From Eledone cirrhosa (Eukaryota), in the NCBI GenBank assembly GCA_964016885.1, contig OZ024742.1, positions 137,640,001 to 137,704,000 of the forward strand: 64,000 bases of DNA. Direction: 5' to 3'. Of the stretch, positions 29,384-47,925 are shown one piece after another. Position numbers and translations under genes: made by a program. Below the pieces are notes generated by a model. That model saw nothing but the letters and a program-made list of their open reading frames with translations. It made no database searches and was not told the origin of the DNA. Positions within the stretch are counted from its first letter, which is position 1; every line of letters starts with the position of its first letter.

Positions 29384-32300
29384 TAAGAATATACCCATCC
29401 CATCTAGGAATACATATGAGAGGTTGCTCATTGCTAGTGTTAACTCTTTTGTTAAACGAATTAGGTGGAGAGCCTTCCACTTTGATAGGAATCGAGACCA
29501 GACCCGGCTGGTGACCCGTGAAGATAGATATGGCTTTAGGACTGACAAGAATCAACCACATAAGAGTTTGTTAGATGATTTCGAGGACGATTTTTTAATT
29601 ATGGTAAGGAATGTTAAATGCAGGAAAAATCATGTCGATACTAATAAATTCCGTAGAAACCTTAAATCTATATTTAAAAATTTTGGCGATAATGACTCTA
29701 TCCTAGTCCCATCAGATAATACTAAAAATATGTATAGCCTAGATTATATAACGTATCGCAGATTCATTTATAATGAACTCAATAAGAACTATAAAAAGAC
29801 AACCTACACTAACTTGGATAAAATAAATAAAGAGGGGATCGATATTGTTAGAAAATTAAAACTAGAGAAATATACCCAACCTTTCACAACGAAACAACCT
29901 AGGTTTGCACTAAAAGATCACAAGGAAGAATATATTAGCAACCCCTCTGTTAGATTGATTAGCCCATCTAAGTCCGACATAGGGATCATAAGTAAGAAGG
30001 GTCATTCCGGTAATTAGAAATAAAATTTACCTTAACCTGTGGGGGAATGCGGAAGAAGTGATTGAATGGTTCTCCAGCATTAGTAACCATAAATCCCTTA
30101 TGTTTGTCCAGTTTGATATTGATTCATATTACACATCTATATCTCCCATCCTCTTGAATAAGGCCCTCATCATGGCCATGCAGAATAGTGATCTAACCAG
30201 ATCCCAAGTTGATATCGTTTTAGCCGCACGTAAAACTTTAATCCTATTTGAGGAACAATTATGGACACGGAAAAACACAACTAACAACTTTGATATCACA
30301 ATGGGATCTGGTGACTCTTCCCAGGTAACTGATTTAGTTGGACTTTACCTACTCCATGAACCGCATAAGGCACTTCCATATATTCGCGGTGGTTTATACC
30401 GAGACGACGCCCTCCTTACCATCGCGCAAAACAAATATAAACTTGATAGAACAAAGAAGGACCAGCGTGAATTTTTTAAAGGTTTTAACTTTAGTATAAC
30501 TATAGATAAGAATAATAGAACAGTGAACTTCTTAGATGTAACATTTGATCTAGAAAATAAGATTTTCACACTTTCTCATAAACCTAATGAGAGACAAACA
30601 TATGTGAATGCTAATTCCAACCATTCTAGATCTGTACTGAATGCCATTATTAAAGGAGTATCTAATAGAATTAGCCATTTATCTTGTAATGAGAGCATTT
30701 TCAACTCTAATGTGGATTATTATAACGGGGCACTGGCTAATTCTGGCTATAGGAATAAACTATTTTACATACCTACTAGTTCCCAATCAACCCATGCTGG
30801 ACATAATAGTATTATCACGCACAATATGTCTTTGACTAATAATAGTATTAGTAATAGAAATTAGGATAAGACCCATACGGTGATTAATTCAGCCCGACCC
30901 AGACTGACTGGCCCTGCTGTACAACATCCACATACTCCTATTGGTTACACTAATAGCGGTGGGTTGATATCTAGAGCCTATTCGCATTGTGGTGATCTTA
31001 GAGGGCGTGTTGACCAAAATAATGCGAGACTTTCACAGCAAGTATATAGTGGCACTGGTTTTGTGGGCGGTGGGGGTATTGGTAGCTCTAATATTAACCG
31101 TACTGTAGTGGGGAAGAATAGACAAAATAGAAGAAGAATGAACACTTTCTATAACCCACTATACAACTCTGAAGTCTTAACTAACATTCCCAAAACCTGC
31201 TTCTTAATCCTAGAAAAGAATTTCCCGCCTGGCAGTAGATACCATAGTATATTTAATAAAAATACGATTAAATTATCTTACTCTACTACCCCAAACCTGG
31301 CTTACCACCTAGCACGTAGTAATAATAAGAAAATTAGAGTAGGATTCAAGGATATCAAATCTGTAAATAACCACCAACAACCTAACACATTGGCTAATGA
31401 GGTACCTGAGGTTGCTAATAACACATCGGATGAACACATTCCATGTCAGGAGGGTTTTAACAACCGGCCATCCCAAGGCACGAACAACAGCACACACCGA
31501 AATTGTAATTGCAGACGGAGTGAAATTTGCCCTTTAAAAGGAAATTGCCTCATGAAAACCATAGTTTATGCATGTGATGTTGTAACAGCAACCTCCACCA
31601 AAACATACGTGGGCTCTACTTCTACATCATTCAAAACTGGATACAACTCACATAATTATACATTTAGACATAATAGGCTTAGGAATGCCACTTCCCTAGC
31701 TAAATATATTCATTTTTTTTAAAAATGATAGTATAGATTATACACTCAATTGGAAGTTGGTGACTAAATATACGTCATACCGCCTCCGAGCAAAACTTGT
31801 AACCTGTGCATTCTAGAGTATCACGCCAAAATATACTCTAAATGTAACTTGCTCAATAGGAAATCGGAGATATTCTCTTCTTGTATACACAGGAATCTTA
31901 ATTCCTTTCACCACTTTAAGCCAATTACTTAGACCTGCTGAAGAATCACCCCTCCCTATACAGTACCACTGCAACACTCTATTCACTTTCCGCCTCATTA
32001 TTTCTAGTTCCTTAGCCAACTATTTTTTCACCCCCTGTGGATCCCCTCGGTGTGTGAGTTTGTATATTAGTGGAGACTTCCGTTCCTTTGCTTTTGCTGG
32101 TCGCCTGTTTTCGATAGGTATCCGGTATGCCCGGCACACGGTGCGAATGGTTATATCCCCTAGGGTGACCACCATGTGTCCTTCACTGAGTGGCTTCTAT
32201 TCATCCACCGACCGTCATGGTTGAGTATTAGCACAAATCATCGGCCCCCAACTCGAGGGTTATTGGTGTGAGTGGGCATATGAATTGCCCCAAATATGGC

Positions 32301-33150
32301 ATAGTATTCTTACTTATTTATTTATTTGTTTATTCATTTATTCATATTTATTCATTTATTTCATTGAGGACTTATTCCCTGCTAGTTACCATAGCGTAAT
32401 AGGTAGTGTCCCCACTGATGGGAAAAGTACTATATCGTTTCGACAACCTATCGCTATTGTGAAGTAGGCAATTGAGCTACTTGCCCCGCCTGGAATAGTC
32501 AAAATAACCATTTTGGGTATTTCTAGTTCAATTGTTTGACCCTCCCTGCTTTGGAACATGCGTGCACTGCCCACTCCCCACACGTGCACGGGTTGTGGAC
32601 ACAATACTTGCGCATTGGGATTATTGTAACTCCATATGCTATGAATGTTTATACTTTCTGATTGAACCCAACCCGTATGAACAATCCTCCATAATATAAA
32701 TAGTGAGGTTATTGGGCTTATTGACATATCACTAGGTAACCGGGTTTTAATGGTCTATCGTATGACCCACCTGACAATCCTGGAGGTCCATTAATAATAA
32801 TTAACTTTATCGTTTTTATTTGTAAAATTCTTATAGTATTGATGTGATTTTATAGATGGTTAGCGAAACATCCTTAATATTGTTGACGAATGATATTGAA
32901 TCATTCATAACAACTTATTACTGTTACGAGGAAGGTAATCTCACGACTCGCCCAATTGGACTTAGTCGCACAGACACATTTGGGCGTATATAGTTAAATA
33001 GTTGGACCCACCCTAATGCGGAATTGGCATGCACTGCCCACTCCCCACCCTTGGTAATACATACAGGTCATACAGGGATTGAGAACACCGGGCTTGCAAA
33101 CGATATGGATGAAACATTGTAAGCAAATATAAACTGTTTGAGTATGTAAG
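29380..33150 (+). mobile_element. Penelope-like element (RT with YRDD + C-terminal GIY-YIG), disrupted, with long 3' non-coding region
   Basis: ORFs 29424-30017 (LKDHK..NPSVRLISPSKSDIG), 30058-30864 (FDIDSYY, TMGS, YRDD, VNFLDVTFDL) and 30880-31722 (CNCRR..CPLKGNC, IVY..YVGSTSTSFK); one frameshift, one in-frame TAG, and a late frameshift; flanked by microsatellites. Confidence 0.9.
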
Positions 33151-33188
33151 CGTTCTTTTGTTTCTTTACACACACACACACACACACA

Positions 33189-35184
<1,996 letters not shown>

Positions 35185-35187
<3 letters not shown>

Positions 35188-35385
35188 CAATATGTAGAGA
35201 AGATAACACACCAGAGAGAGAGAGATAGTGCGCCCTCAGTCAAACAGGGAAAAACCACCAGTGTATGGAATCTTGTGTGTTATCTTCTCTACATATTGAT
35301 TATAAAGGGCTCGGGATTCCTTCTCCTTTGAGCACATTTATGACAGGGAATAGCGAGAGTCTTTGCCTCGTTAATTTATCGTGAT
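35185..35385. repeat. Mini fold-back with tail between TA tracts
   Basis: CAATATGTAGAGAAGATAACACA (35188) / TGTGTTATCTTCTCTACATATTG (35276). Confidence 0.75.
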
Positions 35386-35396
35386 ATATATATATA

Positions 35397-35429
<33 letters not shown>

Positions 35430-35959
35430 GTATGTATGTATGTACATATATTATATATGGGAGAGATGACCCCTTAGCCTTTGTCAAGGCAGAATTCTAG
35501 GAGAAGGAAACCTCTGATATAACACTTGCAACTCTGATGGTATCCAATGATGTTGACTTGTTTTTTTTTGGTAAATATCATCTTGGTTAAGAGAGTGGGA
35601 CTGGCTTTGTGTAGTGCCTTTGCTCACTATAAAACTTCACGGCACAGGTATTGCTTTATATCTGGAGATCTCTCACCACTTGTCGTCACATGGTACCATG
35701 GGCCCAGCATTATGTGTCAATAATTGTCACAAGTGTAGTGTTTGTACCAGAGTTTTCAAGTCGCTGGCTGGACTAAAATGTCACACTCGTTCAGCGCATC
35801 GGTAGGGGTTCTCCTACATGGATATAAAGTAGTGGCCGTACTCGAAATATATAGTCAACATCACACACATAGACAGCCATCCTCACGATAATATATATTA
35901 GTATCATTGCTGCGATAGGAATGGGTCGGGAATTACATATATATGTGTGTCTGTATTGT

Positions 35960-36611
35960 CGACCAACGTGAGGTTTTTAATGCGATGAAATACCAATGAT
36001 CGTTGGCAAATCACTGATGAGGGACTCATTTTATAACATCTAATCCATGTGCAACCATGCAGTATTCTTCTCCCCATATTTTTCATATATTTACCTAAAC
36101 TGCGATTCTGTGTTTCTCTCTTTCTCTCTTACTGCTCCCTCGTTCTCTCTGTTTCTCTTACTTTCTTTCGTCCCCTCTGTCATGTCAGTTAACACTTTCT
36201 CTCTACTGACCTCTTTCTCGCACTTCCACTCACTCTCTCTCTGTTTCTCCCCTTCTTACTTCCTCCCGTCCGCTACGAACCCGATTTTCCTTTTTTCTCA
36301 CATCGGATTCACTAGCGAAAGGTCTGTTCTTACTCGCTCATGTATTCACCCAGCTTATGCTGACAGAATAACCATGTTGCTTGTGTTTCTTTCCATCTTC
36401 GGTTAGCTTTCCCCTGTGTTGTTTACTTGTCTCACTCGCTTTACGCGTTTCAATTGTCCCAATAACTTATTTTAGTTATTGTCGCACCAACGTGAGGTAT
36501 ATGATTTTTAATGCGATGAAATACCAATGATCGTTGGCAAATGACTGATGAGGGACTCATTTTATAACATGTAATCCATGTGCAACCATGCAGTATTCTT
36601 CTCCCCATATT

Positions 36612-36620
<9 letters not shown>
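35960..36620 (+). repeat. Direct pair (35960-36090, 36485-36620) of an element end related to the arms at 50609-51155
   Basis: Shared GAAATACCAATGA..GTTGGCA.AT.ACTGATGA followed by a tail ending in (TA)n. Confidence 0.8.
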
Positions 36621-36647
<27 letters not shown>

Positions 36648-36771
36648 TTCACGCACACACATATATATATATATACACACACATACACACACATACATAT
36701 ATACATATATATATAAATGTGTGTGTCTGTGTGTATGTGTGTGTATATATACACACACACATATATATATA

Positions 36772-37139
36772 TAACGAAGGAGGTGTGGTAAGGAACCAGA
36801 TGGACCATAACGTAACAGAGTACTCAATACTTAGGGTAGTAGAGTGGGTAATGTCTGACGCCGACGGCTATTCCTGGACTAAAAAAAAAAAAAAAAGAGT
36901 TTGTCGGTAATTACATATATATATATGTGTGTGTGTGTGTGTATATATACACACACACACACACATACATATTTTCTAGTCCAGAAATAGCCGTCGAAAC
37001 GGCTTGAGCTCTGCCGTCGGGGGTCAAACATTTCCCTATATATATATATATATATAGCGAGGGAAAAGTGGTAAGGAACCAGGTGGACAGAATTAGCCGT
37101 CGAAACGGCTTGAGCTCAGCCGTCGGGGTCTTACTTACT

Positions 37140-37143
<4 letters not shown>
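36772..37143. mobile_element. Truncated fold-back copies of the 43910-45060 family
   Basis: GGTAAGGAACCAG.TGGAC tail and TAGCCGTCGAAACGGCTTGAGCTC.GCCGTCGGGG arms ending in CCTATATA. Confidence 0.85.
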
Positions 37144-37179
<36 letters not shown>

Positions 37180-37240
37180 TTCACACAACAAAAGATTGAT
37201 AGAGAGAGGGGAGAGAGAGAGAGGGAGAGAGAGACACAGA

Positions 37241-37346
<106 letters not shown>

Positions 37347-37682
37347 ACATGAGTGTGTGATGGGGAAATATAATTGTATATATATTATTTATATGTCAAT
37401 GTGTCTATAAATGATGATCGCCAAATGTATGCGTCTCTGATAAGTATAATAGTAGAATATGAATTACCTTCCCATACCAACATACCAGACTACTACATAC
37501 AACATCTAGATTTCCGGTTTCATAATGGACGTTCTTTCAACCTAATTTACACACTTCCTTTCTCTCCCTCTATTCCAATAATATTAGACTCTGCTGAAAA
37601 TATAATAACAACAATCAGCTTAATATCTATTTCTTATGATTCTGAAATTTATGGTTTTGAAGCTTGGCACGACGCTCTGCTG

Positions 37683-37761
37683 CTCCTCCTCCTCCTACTA
37701 CTACTACTACTACTACTACTCCTACTACTACTACTACCACTACTGCTGTTGCTGCTGCTGT

Positions 37762-37834
<73 letters not shown>

Positions 37835-37863
37835 GCTACCACTACTGCTGTTGTTGCTGCTGT

Positions 37864-37918
<55 letters not shown>

Positions 37919-37983
37919 GCTGCTGCTACTATTACTACTACTACTACTACTACTGCTACCACTACTGCTGTTGTTGCTGCTGT

Positions 37984-38026
<43 letters not shown>

Positions 38027-38114
38027 GCTACTACTACTGCTGCCGCTGCTGCTGCTACTACTACTACTACTGCTGCCGCTGATGCTACTGCTACTACTAC
38101 TGCTGCTGCTGCTG

Positions 38115-38146
<32 letters not shown>

Positions 38147-38216
38147 GCTACCACTACTACTGCTGTTACTACTACTACTACTAATACTACTACTGTTACT
38201 GCTGCTGCTGCTACTA

Positions 38217-38260
<44 letters not shown>

Positions 38261-38370
38261 GATGCTGCTGTAACTACTACCACTGCTGCTGCTGCCACTA
38301 CTTCTACTTCTGTTTTGATGATTATTATAATGGTGATGATGATGATGATGTTGATGATGATGATGATGAT
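37683..38370. repeat. Compound trinucleotide repeat (CTA/CTG/GAT)n
   Basis: Directly visible; the cassette CCACTACTGCTGTTG recurs at about 37737, 37839 and 37959. Confidence 0.97.
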
Positions 38371-38639
38371 AGCTATTAGGCTGGTTGTAATGTTGCTGAC
38401 ACCCGTGCCTCCACCGCCACTTCTAATACAAGCTTATTCCTGCTAGTATTACAAACATCAATATTAATAATACTATAAATAACTTTAATTTGAAAATTAA
38501 TGGTGATTTATATGTTGTCGATGGCACACTCACCATTCCATATTTCAAAAACCTATTGAATAAGAATAAAATGATTAATAATCAATGTGTCTATGGAACC
38601 AATTGCAACAAATATATATGTTTCTACTTTTTGCACAAG

Positions 38640-38810
38640 ATCAGTAATTATTCCAGTGTATTACTGGTACTTTATTTTATCGACCTCGTAAGGATGAAAG
38701 GCAAAGTTAACCTCAGCGGGATTTGAACTCAAACCATAAAGGGCCGAAACTCTTTGCTTCAAAGCATGGCGTCCAACCCAATACCGATACTGCAAATCCA
38801 CCGCTTTAAC
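38640..38810 (-). mobile_element. tRNA-derived SINE
   Basis: Reverse complement of the family consensus, including GAGTTCAAATCCCGCTGAGGTTAACTTTGCC. Confidence 0.85.
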
Positions 38811-39039
38811 AAATATATATATAATATATGCAGGCATGAATCTTTAGTTAAGGAGTTCGCTTCCCAGTTATGTAGCTCTGGAGGTTTTATTGCTGTGTGG
38901 CAACTTGGATAACTGTTCTCTGCTATATGCTCGAGCTGATGAATACCTTATGAGTGGAATGTAATACACGCGCATGCGTGCACAGTGATACCGCCGGTAA
39001 GACGGAAAAGCGACTTGTGAGACATGGGTTAAATATATA

Positions 39040-39310
39040 TAAGTTACAGATTATTTGGCTACTATAAACGCATGCTAGGAGAACCCCCACTTAGACAGGC
39101 CATTCTCAGGCCATTCATATACCTTTAGGCAAATTTACGGGGGGAAGCGCTTCCCTCTCAACCCTCAACTTCCTTTCCAAGTGAAACTTGAAAGAGTTGA
39201 TGAGGGATTGGCCGAAGAGAAAAGTGTCTGTCTTCAGTCCTTTCAATCTAATCCACCATACAACCCCTTTCGCTACCGCCACCAGAGAGGGGAACACTGC
39301 TTGCCCTTCT
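39040..39310 (-). pseudogene. L1/Tx1-like LINE C-terminal remnant
   Basis: LVAVAKGVVWWIRLK..ERKLRVERE resembles the AK..IW..R motif. Confidence 0.45.
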
Positions 39311-39329
39311 CAGCCAAAAGATTGTGGCG

Positions 39330-39656
39330 GATCGATAACAAACAAATAAATAGTCTGTGTGGTGAGAAAGGTGAGACAATAAACCACATTATTAGTGAAT
39401 GTAAGATGCTTGCTCAGAGAACAAGAGAAGACGCAACATCATTGTGTATAGGAGTACTAGGTACTATCTCAAAAAGTTTTCAAGAATGGTTAAAGAACAT
39501 TATTCCACCCCCCTTTTTTGGAACACTTCAAATGGCATGCTTGCTGGGAACAGCAAGAACCCTCCGATACGTCCTGAACATCCGAGGCTGTACGCAGCGG
39601 CGTGATGTTCATTTGAACATACTTTACAGTTGAATAACATCAATGACTGAGACTCC

Positions 39657-39739
<83 letters not shown>

Positions 39740-39740
39740 T
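39330..39740 (+). pseudogene. Internally deleted R4/Dong LINE 3' end with (AAT)n tail
   Basis: LCGEKGETINHIISECKMLAQ fused to IGVLGTISK..LQMACLLGTARTLRYVL; 3' UTR matches 24380-24590; (AAT)n follows. Confidence 0.85.
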
Positions 39741-39825
39741 ACTGAGACATACAGAAACGTAGGAAACGAAAAAAATAAATTTTATGTGCCATGTATGTAT
39801 ACAGTACAGGGATAAATTAAATATT

Positions 39826-39888
<63 letters not shown>

Positions 39889-40451
39889 GATACTTCATTA
39901 TACGTCTGTAATATAAAACTATCGTTATATAACCAAAACATTCCTGTTTGATATTTGATGAAACATAAACACCACTAACACTCAAGGGACCAAAGACCAC
40001 CAGTTAAACAATTTTGATTTCACCCAGTACAACTACCAACATCTCTGACACAGCTAACACAGCTACCTAGTATTATGACTTCAGAAGTAATTTTACCATA
40101 TATTATCATCGTAACATTAGCCATCAAATATACATTACGATGTTATATTGCTTGCTTACTGTAAGTTATAGACATGTCAACAGACAAAGATCTTACTTAA
40201 CGTGATTAAGATTTCATTACGTGAGATATACCACTTGATGTTGGGTACATTCGCCTCCCAGTGGGCGACGCTCTATCTTATTCTATTACTCTATAATTAT
40301 CATATATCTTACTCTAATTGTTCCGAAAAGACTATAATTTGAAGGGCGCCATGATGTGAAAGTGACAAAATGAAAATATCAGCATCTATTTCTTTAGTCC
40401 CATTTCCAGAGATTCTTCACTCACGAAAATAAGTATTTATAGACGGATTGC

Positions 40452-40555
<104 letters not shown>

Positions 40556-40591
40556 TCTCTCGCTCTCTCGCTCTCTCTCTCTCTTCATGTG

Positions 40592-40674
<83 letters not shown>

Positions 40675-40687
40675 ATATACACTCACA

Positions 40688-40893
<206 letters not shown>

Positions 40894-40912
40894 CATATAT
40901 ATATATATATGA

Positions 40913-40949
<37 letters not shown>

Positions 40950-40954
<5 letters not shown>

Positions 40955-41090
40955 GGCAGAGTCGTTAGAACGTCGGATAGAATGTTTTACGGTATTCGCT
41001 TCGGCTCTCTTCTTAATGAGTTCAAACCATACCATGGTTAACTTTGCCTTTCATCCTTTCGTGGTCGAGCAAATAATTAGCTGTGTAGTA
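40950..41090 (+). mobile_element. tRNA-derived SINE, partial
   Basis: GAATTGGCAGA..GAGTTCAAAC..GTTAACTTTGCCTTTCATCC. Confidence 0.7.
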
Positions 41091-41269
41091 GTAATATCAA
41101 TTCTTTCTCTGTATGTCTCTCTCACTATCTATCCTTCTCCGGAAGATATCTGATGGGTTCCGCCAGATTTAAACATTACCTAGGAACGCCGTATGCCAAT
41201 ATGTTGCCCCTACGACTCCTTCAGGAGTTACAACACAAACAAACACGCATACACACACGCACACACGCA

Positions 41270-41376
<107 letters not shown>

Positions 41377-41505
41377 CCGATGTGATTTTGATTCCAGAGT
41401 CGGGTCAGATGGATACAGATTGAACCTTCAGCTGATTAATAGCGAAACGCGCGTTACTACACAATAAACGTAATGAAGACATAACAATTCGTCCCTTTAC
41501 TATTT
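41377..41505 (+). repeat. Truncated 3' end of the PLE family at 52090-53790 (3' half of its hammerhead)
   Basis: AGAGTCGGGTCAGATGGATACAGAT..GCTGATTAATAGCGAAACGCGCGTT matches 52244-52304 on the minus strand; sits between TA tracts. Confidence 0.75.
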
Positions 41506-41539
41506 TATATATATATATATATATTATATTGTATTATAT

Positions 41540-42056
41540 TACTAGCCGAATTACCCGCGCCTTCCTGTGTTTCACACATTTTTTTGTAAGAAAATGAGGA
41601 TTGATTTTAAATCACCGATATAATTTATGGAGAAAAACTCTGCATTTCAATATTACTCAATGTCATATGTAATGCATGAAAAATTGGAAGACATTATTTT
41701 TTGTAATATATCAAATCAAAATTACATTATTAAATCTTATTCTTATTTTGTTTCTTGTAAATAATTTTTTTTTCAAAATATCAATTCAAAACTTTTGTGA
41801 ACAGGCATCATATGTTATCATTTACCTATGGTTTAAATTTCATTTAAATCGAAGGGAAAAAAAGTTTAGTGAGGGTTTTCAGCGGGGTTTTGTACCCCGG
41901 AGAACCCTTTGATTAAAATAAAATATACTTATCCTGGTACCCTGGGCAATGTAGTTTCAGAATATATATGGTTATGGGCATCTATCTCCAAAACCGTTGC
42001 AGTAGTTCGTGAACAAACCAACAAACAAACAGACAGGAATAACATTTTATATATAG
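41540..42056 (+). mobile_element. Possible Helentron/DINE-1-like non-autonomous element
   Basis: Starts TACTAG..ACCCG and ends ACAAACAAACAGACAG..TTTTATATATAG, as is typical of HINE-type elements. Confidence 0.45.
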
Positions 42057-42334
42057 AAATATTATATGCAAATAGACGACCAATTACGTACATCTCAAAG
42101 TATCCTGAAGTAAGCACTCAACATCCTGAAGCATCCAAGATTAAATATGGTGATCGAGAGGAATATATAACTTTCGTACTATATCCCGCATACGCCAGCG
42201 TGGAGGATTCACGACACCCGCCACAGCCAAACTTTAACACTCACCAATAGACCCGCGTGGAATTAAGCGAACTATACATGAACTTTCCTGGAACTATACA
42301 CACAATAATCTTATCAATATTATCTCTAATAATA

Positions 42335-42725
42335 AGGCGGCGGATTGGCAGTATCGATAGAGGGTCGGACGCCATGCTTTCCAGCATAGTTACGTCCCTT
42401 TACGATCTGAGTTCAAATCCCGCCGAGGTTAACTTTGCCTTTTATCCTTACGGGGTCGATAAAATAAAGTACCAGTAATGCACTGGATAATTGCTGGCCT
42501 TGTGCCTAAAGTAGAAACAATTATCTCTAATAATGAGATCCCCATTTATATATCATATGCTAGTAATAATACTTAAATGTTTAACAGTCATTGATTCAAC
42601 TTTGCCATCATTTTGTCTGCTTTATATGCCCCACCACTGACTATTTAATATTATTACGATAAAATAAAGTACCAGTAATACACTGTGATAATTGCTGGCC
42701 TTGTGCCAAAAGTAGAAACAATTAT
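42335..42725 (+). mobile_element. tRNA-derived SINE plus a second 3' fragment
   Basis: Full copy at 42335-42525; tail fragment at 42657-42725. Confidence 0.85.
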
Positions 42726-42789
42726 TACGATGATATTATTATATTGTTACAATCGATATTATTATTATTAATGTGGTGTCACAGACATT

Positions 42790-43700
42790 GATTTTATTTA
42801 ACCGGGAAATTTGCAATAAGGTACATCAAGCCATTACCGGTAGCCTCAGATATTTAGGACTTATAGGAGGGTCCTTGCTGTTCCCTGTAATCATGCCTTT
42901 TGAACTGTTACAAAAAGCGGGGCTGTGCTAATCTTCTTTAACCAGTCTTGGAATTTTTCCAAGTAGTGCCTATTGCTCCCATGACGTTTATCACATGAGT
43001 CTCCTATTCTTTTCAGTTCCCATTTTAGGTCCTGGTACGGGTTAATTTTCTAGAATCAGGCATGAATTTTTTTCTTTGTCCAAAAACTAGCCGGTCAATC
43101 CTATTATATGATAATTCTGTGTCTGTTTGTATCCTGAAATCCCACAGCACATTCACTCGATCGTTTTCTATCGCTGATTCAGGCTTAGGCTGTAACCATT
43201 TCTCAGATTGAGGTAAATTGTTTATTAGTATAAATACCACGAAGCGCTTTTCCAGTGATATCATAACTCAATCCTTTATAGTCATACGTGGTTATGTGTT
43301 TACACTGGGATACGATGTGATTCACAGATCCTACAGAGCATGCTAGTCTGGTCCGCGTCAATATGACTTTTCATCCACTTCGTTCTAAGAGCTTGCCCCT
43401 CTGCAGCCAGTAGCATTCCCTCTGAAGCTTCCGTAGGGTCCCATTCTGTGAATCTCTGAATTCTGTTTTCTTCAGAAGGATTCTATAAAGCGTTTTTCAT
43501 TCAGGTTGTTCTTCCTCTTTGTTGTTATTTCTTTCTTTGACATCCCCTGGTCTATTGTTTCCTCCTTCACTACAGTCTTAACCATTGGCTCGTTAGTCTG
43601 ACACATATTTGTGTAAAAATCTTTTCTCCATCTGAACACAGGTCCTCCACGTTGATAAGACCTTGCAACTTCATATCTCTTTAAGTAGTCTATCAGCATC
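42790..43700 (-). pseudogene. R4/Dong LINE 3' part, older copy of the 24365-25560 family
   Basis: IENDRVNVLWDFRIQTD and MSKKEITTKRK are homologous to the 24-25 kb copy. Confidence 0.8.
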
Positions 43701-43909
43701 AAGTTTCTTAAGAAATATAATATAGGGAATAATTAATTTCCTTATCTTTCTATCAATTTATTTCGGGTAGTTTACATTCCATATATATATAGCATGTAAA
43801 CTACATATATATATATATAACGCAAGGTCTTCAAAATGTTTTTAATTAAGCATACAGTATATTGCCAAATATACTATATATATATTCATATATATATATA
43901 TATATATAT

Positions 43910-46104
<2,195 letters not shown>

Positions 46105-46114
46105 GCAATTTTGA

Positions 46115-46360
46115 ATAACAGTCAGATAAAATGTACCCAATTTTTCTTCTCCCTAGTCCGTAGAAATTAATTAGATAAATAATCATTTAAACGGAACTAA
46201 GTTTAAAATGTAACTTTGAAGATATAACAGATAAATGACACAGACTATCCCCACCGAAGAACAGTCAGATAACATTTACCTAGTCTTTCTTCTTAGAAAT
46301 TAACTGAACAAATAATCAATTAAACGGGGCTGGGTCTAAAATGTATGTTTGAAGAATAAA
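46115..46360 (+). repeat. Diverged direct repeat with about 144-bp period inside a TA-flanked insert
   Basis: AACAGTCAGATAA..TAGAAATTAA..AAATAATCA.TTAAACGG..TAAAATGTA..TTTGAAGA at 46117 and 46260. Confidence 0.7.
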
Positions 46361-46498
46361 TGTATATAAACTTTACCAACATTCTTCTAGTCCCGACTAT
46401 CGATAATTTCGTCGTACTTTATGGATATGTTCAAACCTGGTATTATCCATGAGGTTTCGAGCTTATCGAGAGACTTCCTCAAGAGGACTAAAATTTCT

Positions 46499-46568
<70 letters not shown>

Positions 46569-47085
46569 GTATGTATGTACATATTATAACCTATGTTTAT
46601 TGCTCTAGTCTTTTAGACTATGGAGCGCTTGCCAGCATGACTCGGAATTTGCGTTACGTTTCGCTTTTTCTACCCACCGAAATGCGATTCTCGCTGAATT
46701 TATATTGGTATTAATCTCCCGAGTCTTACAATTAACCTGTTAATAATTCTATTGAGAGATTAATGGTTTTAAGTTTATTTTAAAAACTACCCAGATGAGA
46801 GCTTATTCAATTTGTGCTATTTATGCAATTTTTTGCATGGTTTACACATACTGAATTCATTTGCCAAAATCTGGGGGTTTTGCTCTGTGAGTTACACATC
46901 TGCTTTTCCGGAGCACTCAGTCATCCACAATACTGGCGCAGAACAAAATACCTGTTGATAACGTGAAATTACTTGTTCGATCATTATACCAAAAGCTTAT
47001 TGTTTTAAGCAGAAAGTAATATTGATTTAGGTGTCGCAGAAACCCTGTACTGGATTTTACCTTCAATTCCAAGGGTCCAGGTTTG

Positions 47086-47155
<70 letters not shown>

Positions 47156-47296
47156 AAAAAATGAAACGTTTCATTTTTTCCATTTATCGGTTTCGGTGCG
47201 CGCGGCCGATTAACTCACAAGATATGCAAATTAGACTGCTCAGCCGTTAATATGCATAAGGAAAGTATATACTTTATGACGTTCAATCATCTGCCA

Positions 47297-47351
47297 GGAA
47301 GGTATACGGTACTGACGATAGTTAATAAGCTTGAAACTAGTACATCGTTCC
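47297..47351 (+). ncRNA. Minimal type I hammerhead
   Basis: GGAA..CGGTA-CTGACGA-TAGTTAATAAGCTT-GAAAC-TA-GTA-CATCG-TTCC. Confidence 0.7.
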
Positions 47352-47554
47352 TTTGTCAGTGTTGAACAAATGAGCAACGATGGTTGCTAAACATTATACG
47401 GCTTAATTCGGGATGTTTGTCTACAAACACACCGAGCAATATAATAAATGTTCGGTGAATCCATACGTACATATATATATGTGTGCATGTATGTACAATT
47501 ATACATACTACTGTACGTCTGTATACATATATGTATGCACGTATATATACTAAT

Positions 47555-47925
<371 letters not shown>

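Noticed and set aside
32700-33000. Expected hammerhead in the 3' region of the 29-32 kb PLE (CTGACAA, TTGACGA, GCGAAAC words)
   Set aside because: No consistent three-stem fold could be assembled by eye.
37374-38446. Long ORFs (poly-L, poly-T mucin-like, poly-V, poly-Y)
   Set aside because: They are translations of a (CTA/CTG)n repeat that is open in several frames; no unique coding sequence.
46430-46500. TTGAGGA..GAAACCT..AGGTTT hammerhead-like motif on the minus strand
   Set aside because: Stem I does not pair and the core has an uncompensated change.
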